A stretch of DNA of 64,000 bases from Paracoccaceae bacterium (GTDB lineage: Bacteria > Pseudomonadota > Alphaproteobacteria > Rhodobacterales > Rhodobacteraceae), in the NCBI GenBank assembly GCA_964291635.2, contig OZ219900.1, forward strand, positions 6,246-70,245, given 5' to 3'. This document shows positions 35,777 through 44,769 of the stretch, in pieces; the first letter of the stretch is position 1, and every line of letters begins with the position of its first letter. A model generated the notes under the pieces. That model ran no database searches. It had not been told where the DNA came from and saw only the letters and a list, made by a program, of their open reading frames with translations. Position numbers and translations under genes: made by a program.

Positions 35777-36544
35777 ATGAACAAACGTACTGCAATTGTC
35801 ACTGGCGGGATGTCCGGAATCGGGTTGGCGGCCGCAAACCTGCTGGCGAAATCCGGTCACCGGGTCGCTGTTGGCTCGAGGCGGATAACCGGCGGCCAGT
35901 TCCTTGAAGAACGAGTTCATGGCATTGAAGAAACTGCACTCGTCGAACATCTCGATGTCGGCTGTGGCGACTCGATCGACCGCTTCGTCAGGATCGTGAC
36001 CGAACGTCTCGGAACGCCGCAAATCCTCGTGAATTCCGCTGGGATTTACAAGGAAACATTCCTGGGCGAAGGGGACAGCGCGAACTGGTTTGAACAGATC
36101 GATATCAACCTGAGCGGACCATACAGAATGATTCGCGCGGTATTTCCGGGCATGGTCCGGTCCGGCTGGGGCCGCATCGTCAATATCGCGTCCACGGCTG
36201 CATCGACCGGCGCAAGCGGTTACGCGGGCTACTGCGCCTCGAAGGCCGGCCTTGTCGGCCTGACCAGGGCCGTCAGCAAGGAGGGTGCTCCCCACGGAAT
36301 CAGTTGCGTGTCGATCAGCCCGACCTGGGTCGAAACACCCATGATGGAACGCGCGTTGCAGCGCCATGTCCTCCATCGAGACATCGATATCGAGCAGGCA
36401 AGAGCCAATGTCACGGATTCGAATCCACAGGGGCGGGTGGTTCAACCCGGCGAAATCGCAGCAATTGTCGCATTCTGCTGTTCGGAGGCCGCCCCCGCAT
36501 TGACGAATGAGGACATTCAGGTCAACGCCGGAGCCGATTGGTAG
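35777..36544 (+). CDS. SDR family oxidoreductase (3-hydroxybutyrate/3-oxoacyl reductase-like)
   Basis: MNKRTAIVTGGMSGIGLA, NSAGI, IVNIAS and YCASKAG motifs. The track ORF opens at 35714. Confidence 0.88.
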   Translation: MNKRTAIVTGGMSGIGLAAANLLAKSGHRVAVGSRRITGGQFLEERVHGIEETALVEHLDVGCGDSIDRFVRIVTERLGTPQILVNSAGIYKETFLGEGDSANWFEQIDINLSGPYRMIRAVFPGMVRSGWGRIVNIASTAASTGASGYAGYCASKAGLVGLTRAVSKEGAPHGISCVSISPTWVETPMMERALQRHVLHRDIDIEQARANVTDSNPQGRVVQPGEIAAIVAFCCSEAAPALTNEDIQVNAGADW

Positions 36545-36555
36545 AGGTCCGACAC

Positions 36556-37356
36556 ATGCCCTTCATCACCTACAGGTTTCCGGATGGAATCTCGCTCGTC
36601 CAGGAAGCCGGGGTCGCGAATTTCATGCGGTGCAATATCTGGCTGGTTCGCGGGCGCGACCGCGACCTTGTCATCGACACCGGAATGGGATTGGAGTCGC
36701 TGAAAGACTGGATCTCCGGGGAAACCGACCGGCCGCTGACCGCGGTGACGACGCATGCGCATTTCGATCATATCGCGGGGCTTCACGAATTCGACGAGCG
36801 CCTGGGTCACCGTTTGGAAGCAGGGATTTATGCCGCGCCGACACAGGCCACGACGGTCTATACCGGCGCGTGGAAGCAGATCACGATTGTCGATCCGACA
36901 GTCCATTCGACCTTTGATCCGCTGACTTTCGCGGTCACTCCTGCGCCGCTCACGGGATACCTGGATGAAGGCGATGTGCTCGACCTGGGCGACCGCGCCT
37001 TCCAGATTCTTCATCTGCCCGGACACTCTCCCGGCAGCATCGGACTGCTGGATCGAGATGCGCAGGTCCTTTTTTCGGGGGATGCCCTTTATGACGGAGA
37101 ACTCCTCGACAATCTTTACCATTCCGACCCCCTCGTTTACCGGGAAACGCTCCAGCGAATTGCCACGCTCGACGCGGAGGTTGTTCATGCCGGACATTTT
37201 CCATCATTCGGAAGGCGGCGCATGTGCGAATTGGTGACGTCGTACCTCGGCGGCCGAAACACGATTACCGATGTCGTCGAGTGGTACGAAAAGTGCTGCC
37301 GCGGCAATCAAGACATTTTCTCTGAACAGGACTGGTCCGGTGCATCAATGGCTTGA
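36556..37356 (+). CDS. MBL-fold metallo-hydrolase
   Basis: It has THAHFDHIAG (HxHxDH), LHLPGHSPGS and VHAGH. The start MPFITY is 12 nt after the SDR stop. Confidence 0.85.
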   Translation: MPFITYRFPDGISLVQEAGVANFMRCNIWLVRGRDRDLVIDTGMGLESLKDWISGETDRPLTAVTTHAHFDHIAGLHEFDERLGHRLEAGIYAAPTQATTVYTGAWKQITIVDPTVHSTFDPLTFAVTPAPLTGYLDEGDVLDLGDRAFQILHLPGHSPGSIGLLDRDAQVLFSGDALYDGELLDNLYHSDPLVYRETLQRIATLDAEVVHAGHFPSFGRRRMCELVTSYLGGRNTITDVVEWYEKCCRGNQDIFSEQDWSGASMA

Positions 37357-38251
37357 CCGTCGGTCCGACGGCGGGTTGAGCGTCGTCCTCTTTCTTGCGG
37401 CCGGTGTCTGGGGCCTCTACTGGGTTCCACTTCGAATCCTGGAGGCGGGTGGTCTTACCGACGCCTGGAGCGTGGCAGTATTCAACGCGTGCCCGCTCAT
37501 CCTGCTTCTGCCCTATGCGTTCCTGGCCCGCCACAGGCTGTATCCGCATCTCCGGAATATCCTGCTGATCGGCGGTCTGACGGGATGCGGGCTCAGCCTC
37601 TATGCCACCGGGCTTGTGGCCTCGACCGTGGTCAGGGCGACGATTCTCTTTTACCTGACACCGGTCTGGTCAACGATAATCGGGGTTCTTTGGCTGTCCG
37701 AACGACTCGGAGCAGGCCGGGTTGCAGCGATTCTCGTGGGTTTCGCCGGTCTTGCATGCCTGGTCATCGGTAGCGACGACTCGACCCCTCCGCTGAATGT
37801 CGGTGATGTCCTGGCGCTCCTTTCCGGGGTTTTCTGGGGGCTCGGCGCCGCATTCATAAAGCGGCATCCCGAAACGCCGGTCGGGGGTTCGATGGCCTGC
37901 ATGCTTCTGGCCACCGCGATGATCAGTTTCGGGCTCGGATTCCTTCTGTTTCCCGATCCCTTTCCATCCGCTGCGAAACTGGCCGGATCACTTCCGGTCG
38001 CCGTTCCTGCATCGCTCGTTGTCCTGGTCCCGACCGCCTATCTGATTATGTGGATTGCGCGGAAGCTCTATCCCGGCAGGGTCGGGATATTGATGATGTC
38101 GGAAGTGCTCGTTGCCATACTGAGTGCATCACTGTTTCTGCCGGAAGAGACGATGTCGGTCGTGCAATGGGCCGGCGCCACGGCAATAATCCTGTCCTGC
38201 CTGGTCGAAGTCCTGTTCGAACGCAATTCCGGTCCGGTCCGGCCTTCGTGA
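37340..38251 (+). CDS. DMT superfamily (EamA-like) transporter
   Basis: Ten predicted hydrophobic segments and two EamA-like halves. The start is uncertain: GTG 37340 or TTG 37376. The track ORF from 37271 overlaps the MBL gene. Confidence 0.75.
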   Translation: MHQWLDRRSDGGLSVVLFLAAGVWGLYWVPLRILEAGGLTDAWSVAVFNACPLILLLPYAFLARHRLYPHLRNILLIGGLTGCGLSLYATGLVASTVVRATILFYLTPVWSTIIGVLWLSERLGAGRVAAILVGFAGLACLVIGSDDSTPPLNVGDVLALLSGVFWGLGAAFIKRHPETPVGGSMACMLLATAMISFGLGFLLFPDPFPSAAKLAGSLPVAVPASLVVLVPTAYLIMWIARKLYPGRVGILMMSEVLVAILSASLFLPEETMSVVQWAGATAIILSCLVEVLFERNSGPVRPS

Positions 38252-38392
38252 CGGTCGTTGCAAAAACTGGCATCCAACGAACTGCGGGCATCCGTCAAAG
38301 CCGCTGGCGAATTTTCGCCAATCGATGAAAAGTAGGGCACAACAGGGTCATTGCCCCTTTGTATTGCAGGTTTCGGCGGTTATTGAGCCGGC

Positions 38393-39088
38393 ATGTCCAG
38401 ATCAGTTCGGTATGGTGAAGGCGCCCGGTCCGTATGCGACGAATTGCGTACCAGAATCATCAGCGGGGAATACATTTCCGGCTCTGAGCTTCGAATCCAG
38501 TCCCTGGCGAGAGAATTCAACATTTCGATCGTACCGGTACGTGAAGCACTCCGAACACTCGCGGCGGAAGGATTGGTCAAGATTCGACCGCGGCGCAGCC
38601 CGATCGTTGCGAAACCGAAGCTGACCGAAGTCAAGGACATCTCCGAAATCAGGATTCTGCTGGAACCCATCCTCCTCCAGGCGGCTGTTCCCAACCATAA
38701 CCGGAAAACGCTCGACAGATGCCATGAGGTGCTGAAAGCCGAGGAAGGATTTGAACAGGGATGGCAGAAGGTCGCACTCAATCGCGAGTTTCACCACGCA
38801 CTGCTGCTTCCGTCCGGAAAGGAGCGGTTTCTCAAGATCCTGGATGCACAATACGAGTCGATGTCGCTCCTGGCCAGGACCATGGTCAACGCCGCCATGG
38901 TCAGGTACGATGACTCCCACGGCGAGCATGTGCGCATTCTTGAAGCGGTTGAGCGCCAGGACACCGGGCTTGCCCTCGACTGCCTGAAGGATCACCTGAA
39001 CCGGTCGCACGAGATAATCGATTCCGTGCTTGACCGCCGGGAATTTGCCAGTGCGCCGGTTCCGGGGAACGCCAGCGTTACCGCGTGA
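38393..39088 (+). CDS. GntR-family transcriptional regulator (FCD subfamily)
   Basis: LRIQSLAREFNISIVPVREALRTLAAEGLVKIRPRRSPIV wHTH plus a helical C-domain, 231 aa. Confidence 0.85.
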   Translation: MSRSVRYGEGARSVCDELRTRIISGEYISGSELRIQSLAREFNISIVPVREALRTLAAEGLVKIRPRRSPIVAKPKLTEVKDISEIRILLEPILLQAAVPNHNRKTLDRCHEVLKAEEGFEQGWQKVALNREFHHALLLPSGKERFLKILDAQYESMSLLARTMVNAAMVRYDDSHGEHVRILEAVERQDTGLALDCLKDHLNRSHEIIDSVLDRREFASAPVPGNASVTA

Positions 39089-39218
39089 TCAACAGGTCGA
39101 CTTCACGCGGGCCGGTACGTAACGACACCCGAACGACACGCCCGTGCACACCCGGTGACCCGGTCATCGGTCCGACGTAAACGATTCGGCTTCGACCGGA
39201 CCGCGCCGGACTCGCTGG

Positions 39219-39226
39219 ATTGCCGG
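39219..39226. repeat. left copy of the 8-bp flanking direct repeat ATTGCCGG
   Basis: The identical octamer occurs at 40672-40679, immediately outside the two inverted termini of the TnpB element. Confidence 0.6.
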
Positions 39227-39296
39227 GGGGCTTATATAGATGGGTTGACAGTGCGATTACGCTGCCAGTTTCCGATCGATTTCACCTGTTGCAGGG
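39227..39296. repeat. left terminal inverted repeat of the TnpB element
   Basis: By hand alignment it pairs with the reverse complement of 40603-40671 at about 55 of 70 columns, with one 1-nt gap. The first 23 nt match at 21 positions. Confidence 0.75.
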
Positions 39297-39422
39297 ATCG
39301 GGAAGGCTTGATCCTTACCTTGGATGATTCCTTGACAATTCAGGCAGATCGTGTCGTGATCGCGTGACGGGAAGCCAGCCTTTCCCGTCACCAGACGAAC
39401 CTTGTGCCGAAGGCCAGACCGC

Positions 39423-40642
39423 ATGAGCGAGACCTCCACATACCGCAACATCATCTACCGGCTTCTGCCAGGCTCCAGGGCCAACGCACGGCGCCTGGCC
39501 GGACAGGCGGGCGCCTGCCGCTTCGTCTGGAACACGATACTGGGGCAGCACAATGACGCCCATGAGGAGGCGAAGGCCGACGGGGAGAAACCTCCGTCGG
39601 TTTCGTTCTTCTCGCTCGGCAGGGAGTTCACCGTGCTCCGCAACGAAATCCCGTGGCTTTGCGAATACTCCTTCGCCATCACCCGGTACGTGCTCAAGTA
39701 CCAGGCCGATGCGTGGAAGGCGTTCTTCGGGGGCGAGGCAGGACATCCACGCTTCAAGTCCCGCCACGGGTCGACCCCGTCCTTCACCATTCCCGAAGCC
39801 GTCACCATCAGGGACGACATGATCAATGTCCCGAGGTTGGTCCCATGCGCATCCGGCGGAAGGGCGGCAACCCGTATCCCGAGGGCAAGCCGGTGAAAGC
39901 CGTGATCAGGAAGATCGCCGGCAAGTGGTACGTCACCGTCTGCTACGAGGTCGAGGCTGAGGAGCGTCCCGACACCGGGGTCTTGGCGGGCGTGGACATG
40001 AACGTCCGGCAGGTGGCGGTGGTGGACACGACCGGAGAGGCGGAGATCATCCCCGCGCCCGATACGGGCCGGCTTGATGCGAAGATCGGGCGCAACCAGC
40101 GCCGGCTTGCCCGCCAGCGCAAGGGGTCACGGCGGCGCATGAGAACCAGGCTCAGGCTGCAGAGGCTCCAGCGAAAGCGGGCCAACAGGCGCAAGAACTG
40201 GCAACACCAGGTCAGCCGCCGGATCGCGAACCGGGCGAGCACGGTGATTGTCGAGAAGCTCAACACCCGGGGCATAACCCGCTCGGCCAGGGGCACGCTC
40301 GAGAACCCCGGCAGGAAGGTGAAGGCCAAGTCCGGTCTCAACCGGGAGATACTCAACACCGGCTGACACTCCGTGAAAGAGATGCTCGGTTACAAGTGCT
40401 TGGAACTGAACGAGGTCAACCCTGCATATACCAGCCAGTCGTGCAACGCCTGCGGGTTCACTGATCCGGGAAACCGGAACGACCGGAAGTTCGAATGCGT
40501 GACCTGCGGCCATGCCGATCACGCGGACCTGAATGCGGCCCGCAACATCTTGACCTCGGGGACTGGGGTGTCTGCACGGCGAGGGGCGTTGGCGCTGGCC
40601 AACCCTGTGACCCGTGAAACTGATCGAAAGCTGGCGGCGTGA
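39423..40642 (+). pseudogene. tnpB: tnpB (RNA-guided nuclease family, OrfB_IS605/OrfB_Zn_ribbon), one frameshift and one in-frame stop
   Basis: The N-terminal part MSETSTYRNIIYRLLPG...INVPR runs in the frame of 39402. At about 39834 a 1-nt loss shifts the frame; the expected reading is INVPKVGPMRIRRKGG. The middle part carries RuvC motifs GVDMN and VIVEKLN and ends at TGA 40364-40366, where TnpB proteins have W (ILNTG-W-). The same frame continues as KEMLGYKC...CNACGF...CVTCGHADHADLNAARNI (zinc ribbon plus the third RuvC Asp). Confidence 0.85.
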
Positions 40643-40671
40643 CGCGCCGTCAACCCATCTTTATAAGTCCC
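40603..40671. repeat. right terminal inverted repeat of the TnpB element (overlaps the tnpB 3' end)
   Basis: It covers the last about 13 codons of tnpB (…PVTRETDRKLAA) plus 29 nt downstream. The left copy therefore contains an inverted relic of the same coding end; minus-strand ORF 39257-39454 ends ...GEIDRKLAA. Confidence 0.75.
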
Positions 40672-40679
40672 ATTGCCGG
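40672..40679. repeat. right copy of the 8-bp flanking direct repeat ATTGCCGG
   Basis: See 39219-39226. Confidence 0.6.
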
Positions 40680-40726
40680 TTCGTGTCCTGGTCGCGATAA
40701 TTCCGATTTCCGGTAAGGAAATGGAG

Positions 40727-41998
40727 TCATCCGGCTTCCCCGGACCCGAACAACCCATCCAGTTCAGGGCAGGTCTCCCGGTCCTTCAGGAGCGGGTGAT
40801 CACTCCCTTTCACGATTCCGGTCATTCCATTCCGGTCGAGAACAAGACATAGCAGGGTTTCAGGCTCGGCCCGCCCGAGTAGCACGGGCGAATAGGTCGA
40901 TGCGAGAACCTGGCATTCCCGTGCAGTCGCGAGCAAGTCGTACACGGTTTCCATGGCCGCCGGATGAAGGCCGCGCTCCAGTTCCTCCAGCATGAACAAC
41001 TGGCCTTCGTCCGCTGCATAGGGAATCAGCGTCAAGGCGAGGAATCGAAGCATTCCTTCGGAAGCAGCCCATGACGGGATATCGATTCCCGAACGATGTT
41101 TGACGACCACGTGCGCCTGCCCATCACCAGGTTGCTCGACAACATCGATTCCCAGTATGCCTTCCTGGACCGACCGGACCCGATTCAACCATTCATTGTG
41201 AGCCGCCGGATCCCTTGTCCTGAGACGATCGATCAACCACGGCAAGTTCCGGCCGTCGGCCAGGTATTCCCGGCACCGAAGACCTGGCGGACTCGGCGAA
41301 CGCAGCCGTTCTCCATCGAGACAGATCGATCTGGTGTATCGCTCCAGGAAACGCTGTACGCGTGTCGCGACGGGAAATGAAGCCGGCGCGTCGGGCAAAC
41401 TGCCGAATGTCGAGCGCGATGGACCGTACGAACTGTTGATTATCCATCCCTTGCCGGGCCGCTCGGAGACTTCGGAATAAATCGAATCCGTTCCTGCCGC
41501 CGATTTCCTGAAAACGGTCCTCAAGCCCCGCTTCCTGCCGGCGGAAACAATGGTCTCGACCGATTCGGGCGGCAGCGGGAACAGGGAATCCTGCTTCGAA
41601 CGGCGGGGAAGCGTCGCGCCTGGCAGCAAGACCCCGCGCTCGGCAACGATTCCGGCACCTCGCTCACCCTCCCGGATCGATACCTCGTAACGGAATCTCC
41701 CGTAACCGGCTTCGGCGGGCAGATGATCCGCCGCGTCGTCCGGGACGTCGAATTCGAGGGCAAGCTGAAAACCCGGCTGGCCCGTCCTCCTGCCCCAGAC
41801 GAGATCACGAAAGTCACCGGTCCGTTTCCCGATCGCCGAGGGAAGACCATCCCGAACAAGATCGGAGACAAATGCCACGGCATCAAACAGCGCGCTTTTC
41901 CCGCTGGAATTCGCACCGACCAGAAGGTGGAACCGGTCCAACCTGACATCCACATGACGAAGACATCGATAGTTCAGGGCCTGAAAACGGCGTATCAT
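40727..41998 (-). CDS. AAA_15/AAA_21-type (ABC/SMC-like) ATPase, orphan
   Basis: 423 aa with an N-terminal RFQALNYRCLRHVDVRLDRFHLLVGANSSGKSALFDAV (Walker A), a long insert, then a signature-like SEGMLRFLAL, Walker B LFMLEELERGLHP and a D-loop/H-loop region QVLASTYSPVLL. Confidence 0.8.
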   Translation of the reverse strand: MIRRFQALNYRCLRHVDVRLDRFHLLVGANSSGKSALFDAVAFVSDLVRDGLPSAIGKRTGDFRDLVWGRRTGQPGFQLALEFDVPDDAADHLPAEAGYGRFRYEVSIREGERGAGIVAERGVLLPGATLPRRSKQDSLFPLPPESVETIVSAGRKRGLRTVFRKSAAGTDSIYSEVSERPGKGWIINSSYGPSRSTFGSLPDAPASFPVATRVQRFLERYTRSICLDGERLRSPSPPGLRCREYLADGRNLPWLIDRLRTRDPAAHNEWLNRVRSVQEGILGIDVVEQPGDGQAHVVVKHRSGIDIPSWAASEGMLRFLALTLIPYAADEGQLFMLEELERGLHPAAMETVYDLLATARECQVLASTYSPVLLGRAEPETLLCLVLDRNGMTGIVKGSDHPLLKDRETCPELDGLFGSGEAG

Positions 41999-42171
41999 TG
42001 AAACGCTTTCATTGTGGCGTTGACCGTCGTCGCCTACCGTTCACATTTCTGACTCTACGACCGGCCGACGGAACCGCTTCCATTAATCCAGAACATTCCG
42101 CTCCGGCGATGGGACCCGAAACACGGTCCCGTACCCCGGCTGGAAGTCTGGAAGCAAAGGTTTTCCGATTG

Positions 42172-43371
42172 TCAATCCCCCGTCAAGGCAGAGGCCTGGA
42201 CGTCGGAGAGCTCCACCCACCTGCCTCTTTCTCGCGCCGAGAGTACCGCCGCGTGGATCGCAACGACAGAACGCATTCCGTCCTCGGCAGATGGATACAG
42301 GTAGCCGCTGCCGTCAAGGTTCTTCACGGATCCGACATCGCCATTTCCGGCCTTCATGGATCGAATTGCCCTGGACAGCTCGCTGTAGATGTTCGCGAAA
42401 GCCAGAGGCATGCCCTCGACATGCCCGACGGCGACCCGGGATGCACGCTCCGTCTCCGGTGCGAGCCCGGCCTCGCCGCGCTCGATGGTCGAGGTCCGGC
42501 CTCCCACGGGTGTCCAGAACAATTGGTTTGCCTGCTCCTGGGCCCAGCGCAACCCGCCGCGTTCGCCGTATACCTGTATGGTCAATCCATGCTGCCTCCC
42601 CACAGCAACGGCCGACGTCCAAAGCCGTCCGACGATTCCGTCCTCCAGGCGGAAGTCCACCTGGGCATCGTCCTCGAGTTCGCGTCCGTCGACACAGGAA
42701 GCGAAGTCCGACGCCAGCCGAAGCACGTCGCGGCCGGTTACGAATGTCGCAAGGTGAAGCGCGTGGATTCCGCAGTCGGTGAACTGGGCCGAAACCCCGA
42801 CCTGGGCAGGGTCGTAACGCCAGCGAACCCGGGGATTGTCCCGGTCGTCACCGGCGGAGTGATGGCCGTGGGCGAATTCAACGACGACAAGCCGGACCCT
42901 GCCGAGAACACCATCCCGCACCATGGCCCGCATCTGGCGCACGAGTGGATAGCCGGAGTACCCGTAGTTGACCGCACAAATGCACCCCGTCGACGTCACC
43001 GTTTTGACAATGCCGGCGGCCTCTGAAACCGTCATTGTCATTGGTTTTTCGCAGAGGACGTTGAAACCGCTCTCCAGAATCCTCCTGGTGATTTCAAAGT
43101 GGGTGGAATTCGGAGTCGCGACCGTGACGAGGTCGAGCCGGTCGCCGTCGCCAAGAGAAGACTCACGCGCAAGCATTTCCTTCCAGTCACCATAAGCACG
43201 TTCCGCCGGAACGCCGAGCCGGATCGCGAAATCCCGCCCAGCGTCCGGCACGTGGTCGAGCGCGGCGGCGACCAGGGAGAATTCCCCGTCGAGTCGAGCC
43301 GCCATCCGGTGAACAGGGCCGATCTGGCTCCCCTCGCCGCCCCCGATCAGGCCCCAGTTCAGTTTGACCAT
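42172..43371 (-). CDS. Gfo/Idh/MocA family oxidoreductase
   Basis: MVKLNWGLIGGGEGSQIGPVH Rossmann N-terminus, VLCEKPM motif, 399 aa. Confidence 0.85.
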   Translation of the reverse strand: MVKLNWGLIGGGEGSQIGPVHRMAARLDGEFSLVAAALDHVPDAGRDFAIRLGVPAERAYGDWKEMLARESSLGDGDRLDLVTVATPNSTHFEITRRILESGFNVLCEKPMTMTVSEAAGIVKTVTSTGCICAVNYGYSGYPLVRQMRAMVRDGVLGRVRLVVVEFAHGHHSAGDDRDNPRVRWRYDPAQVGVSAQFTDCGIHALHLATFVTGRDVLRLASDFASCVDGRELEDDAQVDFRLEDGIVGRLWTSAVAVGRQHGLTIQVYGERGGLRWAQEQANQLFWTPVGGRTSTIERGEAGLAPETERASRVAVGHVEGMPLAFANIYSELSRAIRSMKAGNGDVGSVKNLDGSGYLYPSAEDGMRSVVAIHAAVLSARERGRWVELSDVQASALTGD

Positions 43372-43396
43372 CGATCCCGACCCGAAAATCCGCGCT

Positions 43397-44533
43397 TTAC
43401 TGAAACTCTGACATCAGGACCCATTCACGGCGCCTGCCAGATTCGCGTATCGCCGCAATGACCCGGTTGACTTCATGCCCGTCCTGAAAAGTTGGCCAGA
43501 CCGGGTTGCCGGTTGCGATGGCCTCGAGAAAATCACGCGCCTCGATGATGATCTGGTCCTGATACCCCGTCCCGTGACCCGCTCCCTGGCAGAATGGAAG
43601 GAAATCAGGGTGGCTCGGGCCAGTGAGAATCTTCCTGAACCCGAGATTGCCGGCGTGGTCATCCGCCCGGTACAGCCAGACCGCGTTCTGATCCTCCTGG
43701 TCGAACCGGATGGCGCCCCCGGTCCCGGTGATTTCGTAGCGATAGCCCATCTTGCGGCCGGTCGAGACACGGCTGAAATACAGGTGACCCATTGCTCCGG
43801 ACTCGAACCGGCACATCGCCTGGGCCTGGTCGTCGTTGTCGACCTGTACGATCCCCTTGCCATCGGCTGACGGTCGTTGCCGGAAAACCGTTTCGTACTC
43901 GCCGACGAGTTCAAGGATGCTGCCCATGAACGCGAGCGCCGCATTGACCATGTGCGGTGCGAGGTCGCCGAGTGTGCCCGTGCTGTCTCCCGCGGTTCGC
44001 CACGACACCGGCTCGTTCGGATCGGACAGGAAATCCTCGGTGTGCTCCCCGCGGAACCATGTGATGTCGCCGATCTCCCCCGATCCCACGATTTCGCGGG
44101 CAAATTGCGAGGCGGGCGTCCGAATGTAGTTGAACCCGACCATGTTGGTCACGCCGGCCGAGGCGGCGGCATCGACCATGGCCTGGCTGTCGGCCAGCGA
44201 GGCGCCTAGCGGCTTTTCGCAGAAAACGTGTTTACCAAGCGCGAGTGCGCGTTCGGCAATGGCTCGATGCATGGACTGCGGCGTTGCGATGACGACAGCT
44301 TCGACTCCAGGATCATCGACCAGTTCGCGATAGTCTCCGGTAGACCGGGCAAATCCATACATCCTGCGGTAACGTTCCGCGGTACCGGCGGTGGATGCGG
44401 CGATCATCTCGAGACGGGGTCGCAGGGCCGTATCAAAAACGCTGCCGACCGCCGCCATTGCGACCGAGTGCGCCTTGCCCATGTAGCCGCCACCAACGAT
44501 GCCGATTCCGATTTCACCTGTCGTCCCGGTCAT
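43397..44533 (-). CDS. Gfo/Idh/MocA family oxidoreductase (inositol 2-dehydrogenase-like by context)
   Basis: IGIGIVGGGYMGKAH and HVFCEKPLG motifs. It is divergent from iolD. Confidence 0.85.
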   Translation of the reverse strand: MTGTTGEIGIGIVGGGYMGKAHSVAMAAVGSVFDTALRPRLEMIAASTAGTAERYRRMYGFARSTGDYRELVDDPGVEAVVIATPQSMHRAIAERALALGKHVFCEKPLGASLADSQAMVDAAASAGVTNMVGFNYIRTPASQFAREIVGSGEIGDITWFRGEHTEDFLSDPNEPVSWRTAGDSTGTLGDLAPHMVNAALAFMGSILELVGEYETVFRQRPSADGKGIVQVDNDDQAQAMCRFESGAMGHLYFSRVSTGRKMGYRYEITGTGGAIRFDQEDQNAVWLYRADDHAGNLGFRKILTGPSHPDFLPFCQGAGHGTGYQDQIIIEARDFLEAIATGNPVWPTFQDGHEVNRVIAAIRESGRRREWVLMSEFQ

Positions 44534-44769
44534 GGGAAACGATACCGTTTCGGTTGTCCGTCATGTCTCGCCATCCTCGATCCCCGGTCAAAAAATCTGT
44601 TTCCAACGTACAGGGAAACCCGTATCTTCCCACGCTGTTGAACGTCAACAGTAATCAGGCGCCGGGCAACCGGGGCAAACGCCTGAAATCCGCGGGTCTC
44701 CCGCGGCTCTTGGCCGGGACAAGGGGCAAGGTCAGGACTGTTGCGCGAGGAGTCGATTGTGGGGGACGC

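Larger units (their letters stand above)
39227..40671. mobile_element. TnpB-only (IS200/IS605-superfamily, IS1341-like) element with long terminal inverted repeats; tnpB inactivated
   Basis: 1445 bp bounded by GGGGCTTATATAGATGGGTTGAC... (left) and ...GTCAACCCATCTTTATAAGTCCC (right). It carries a single TnpB-type gene and no tnpA. A subterminal hairpin lies at 39364-39391 (GTGACGGGAA / TTCCCGTCAC, 8-nt loop). Confidence 0.8.
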
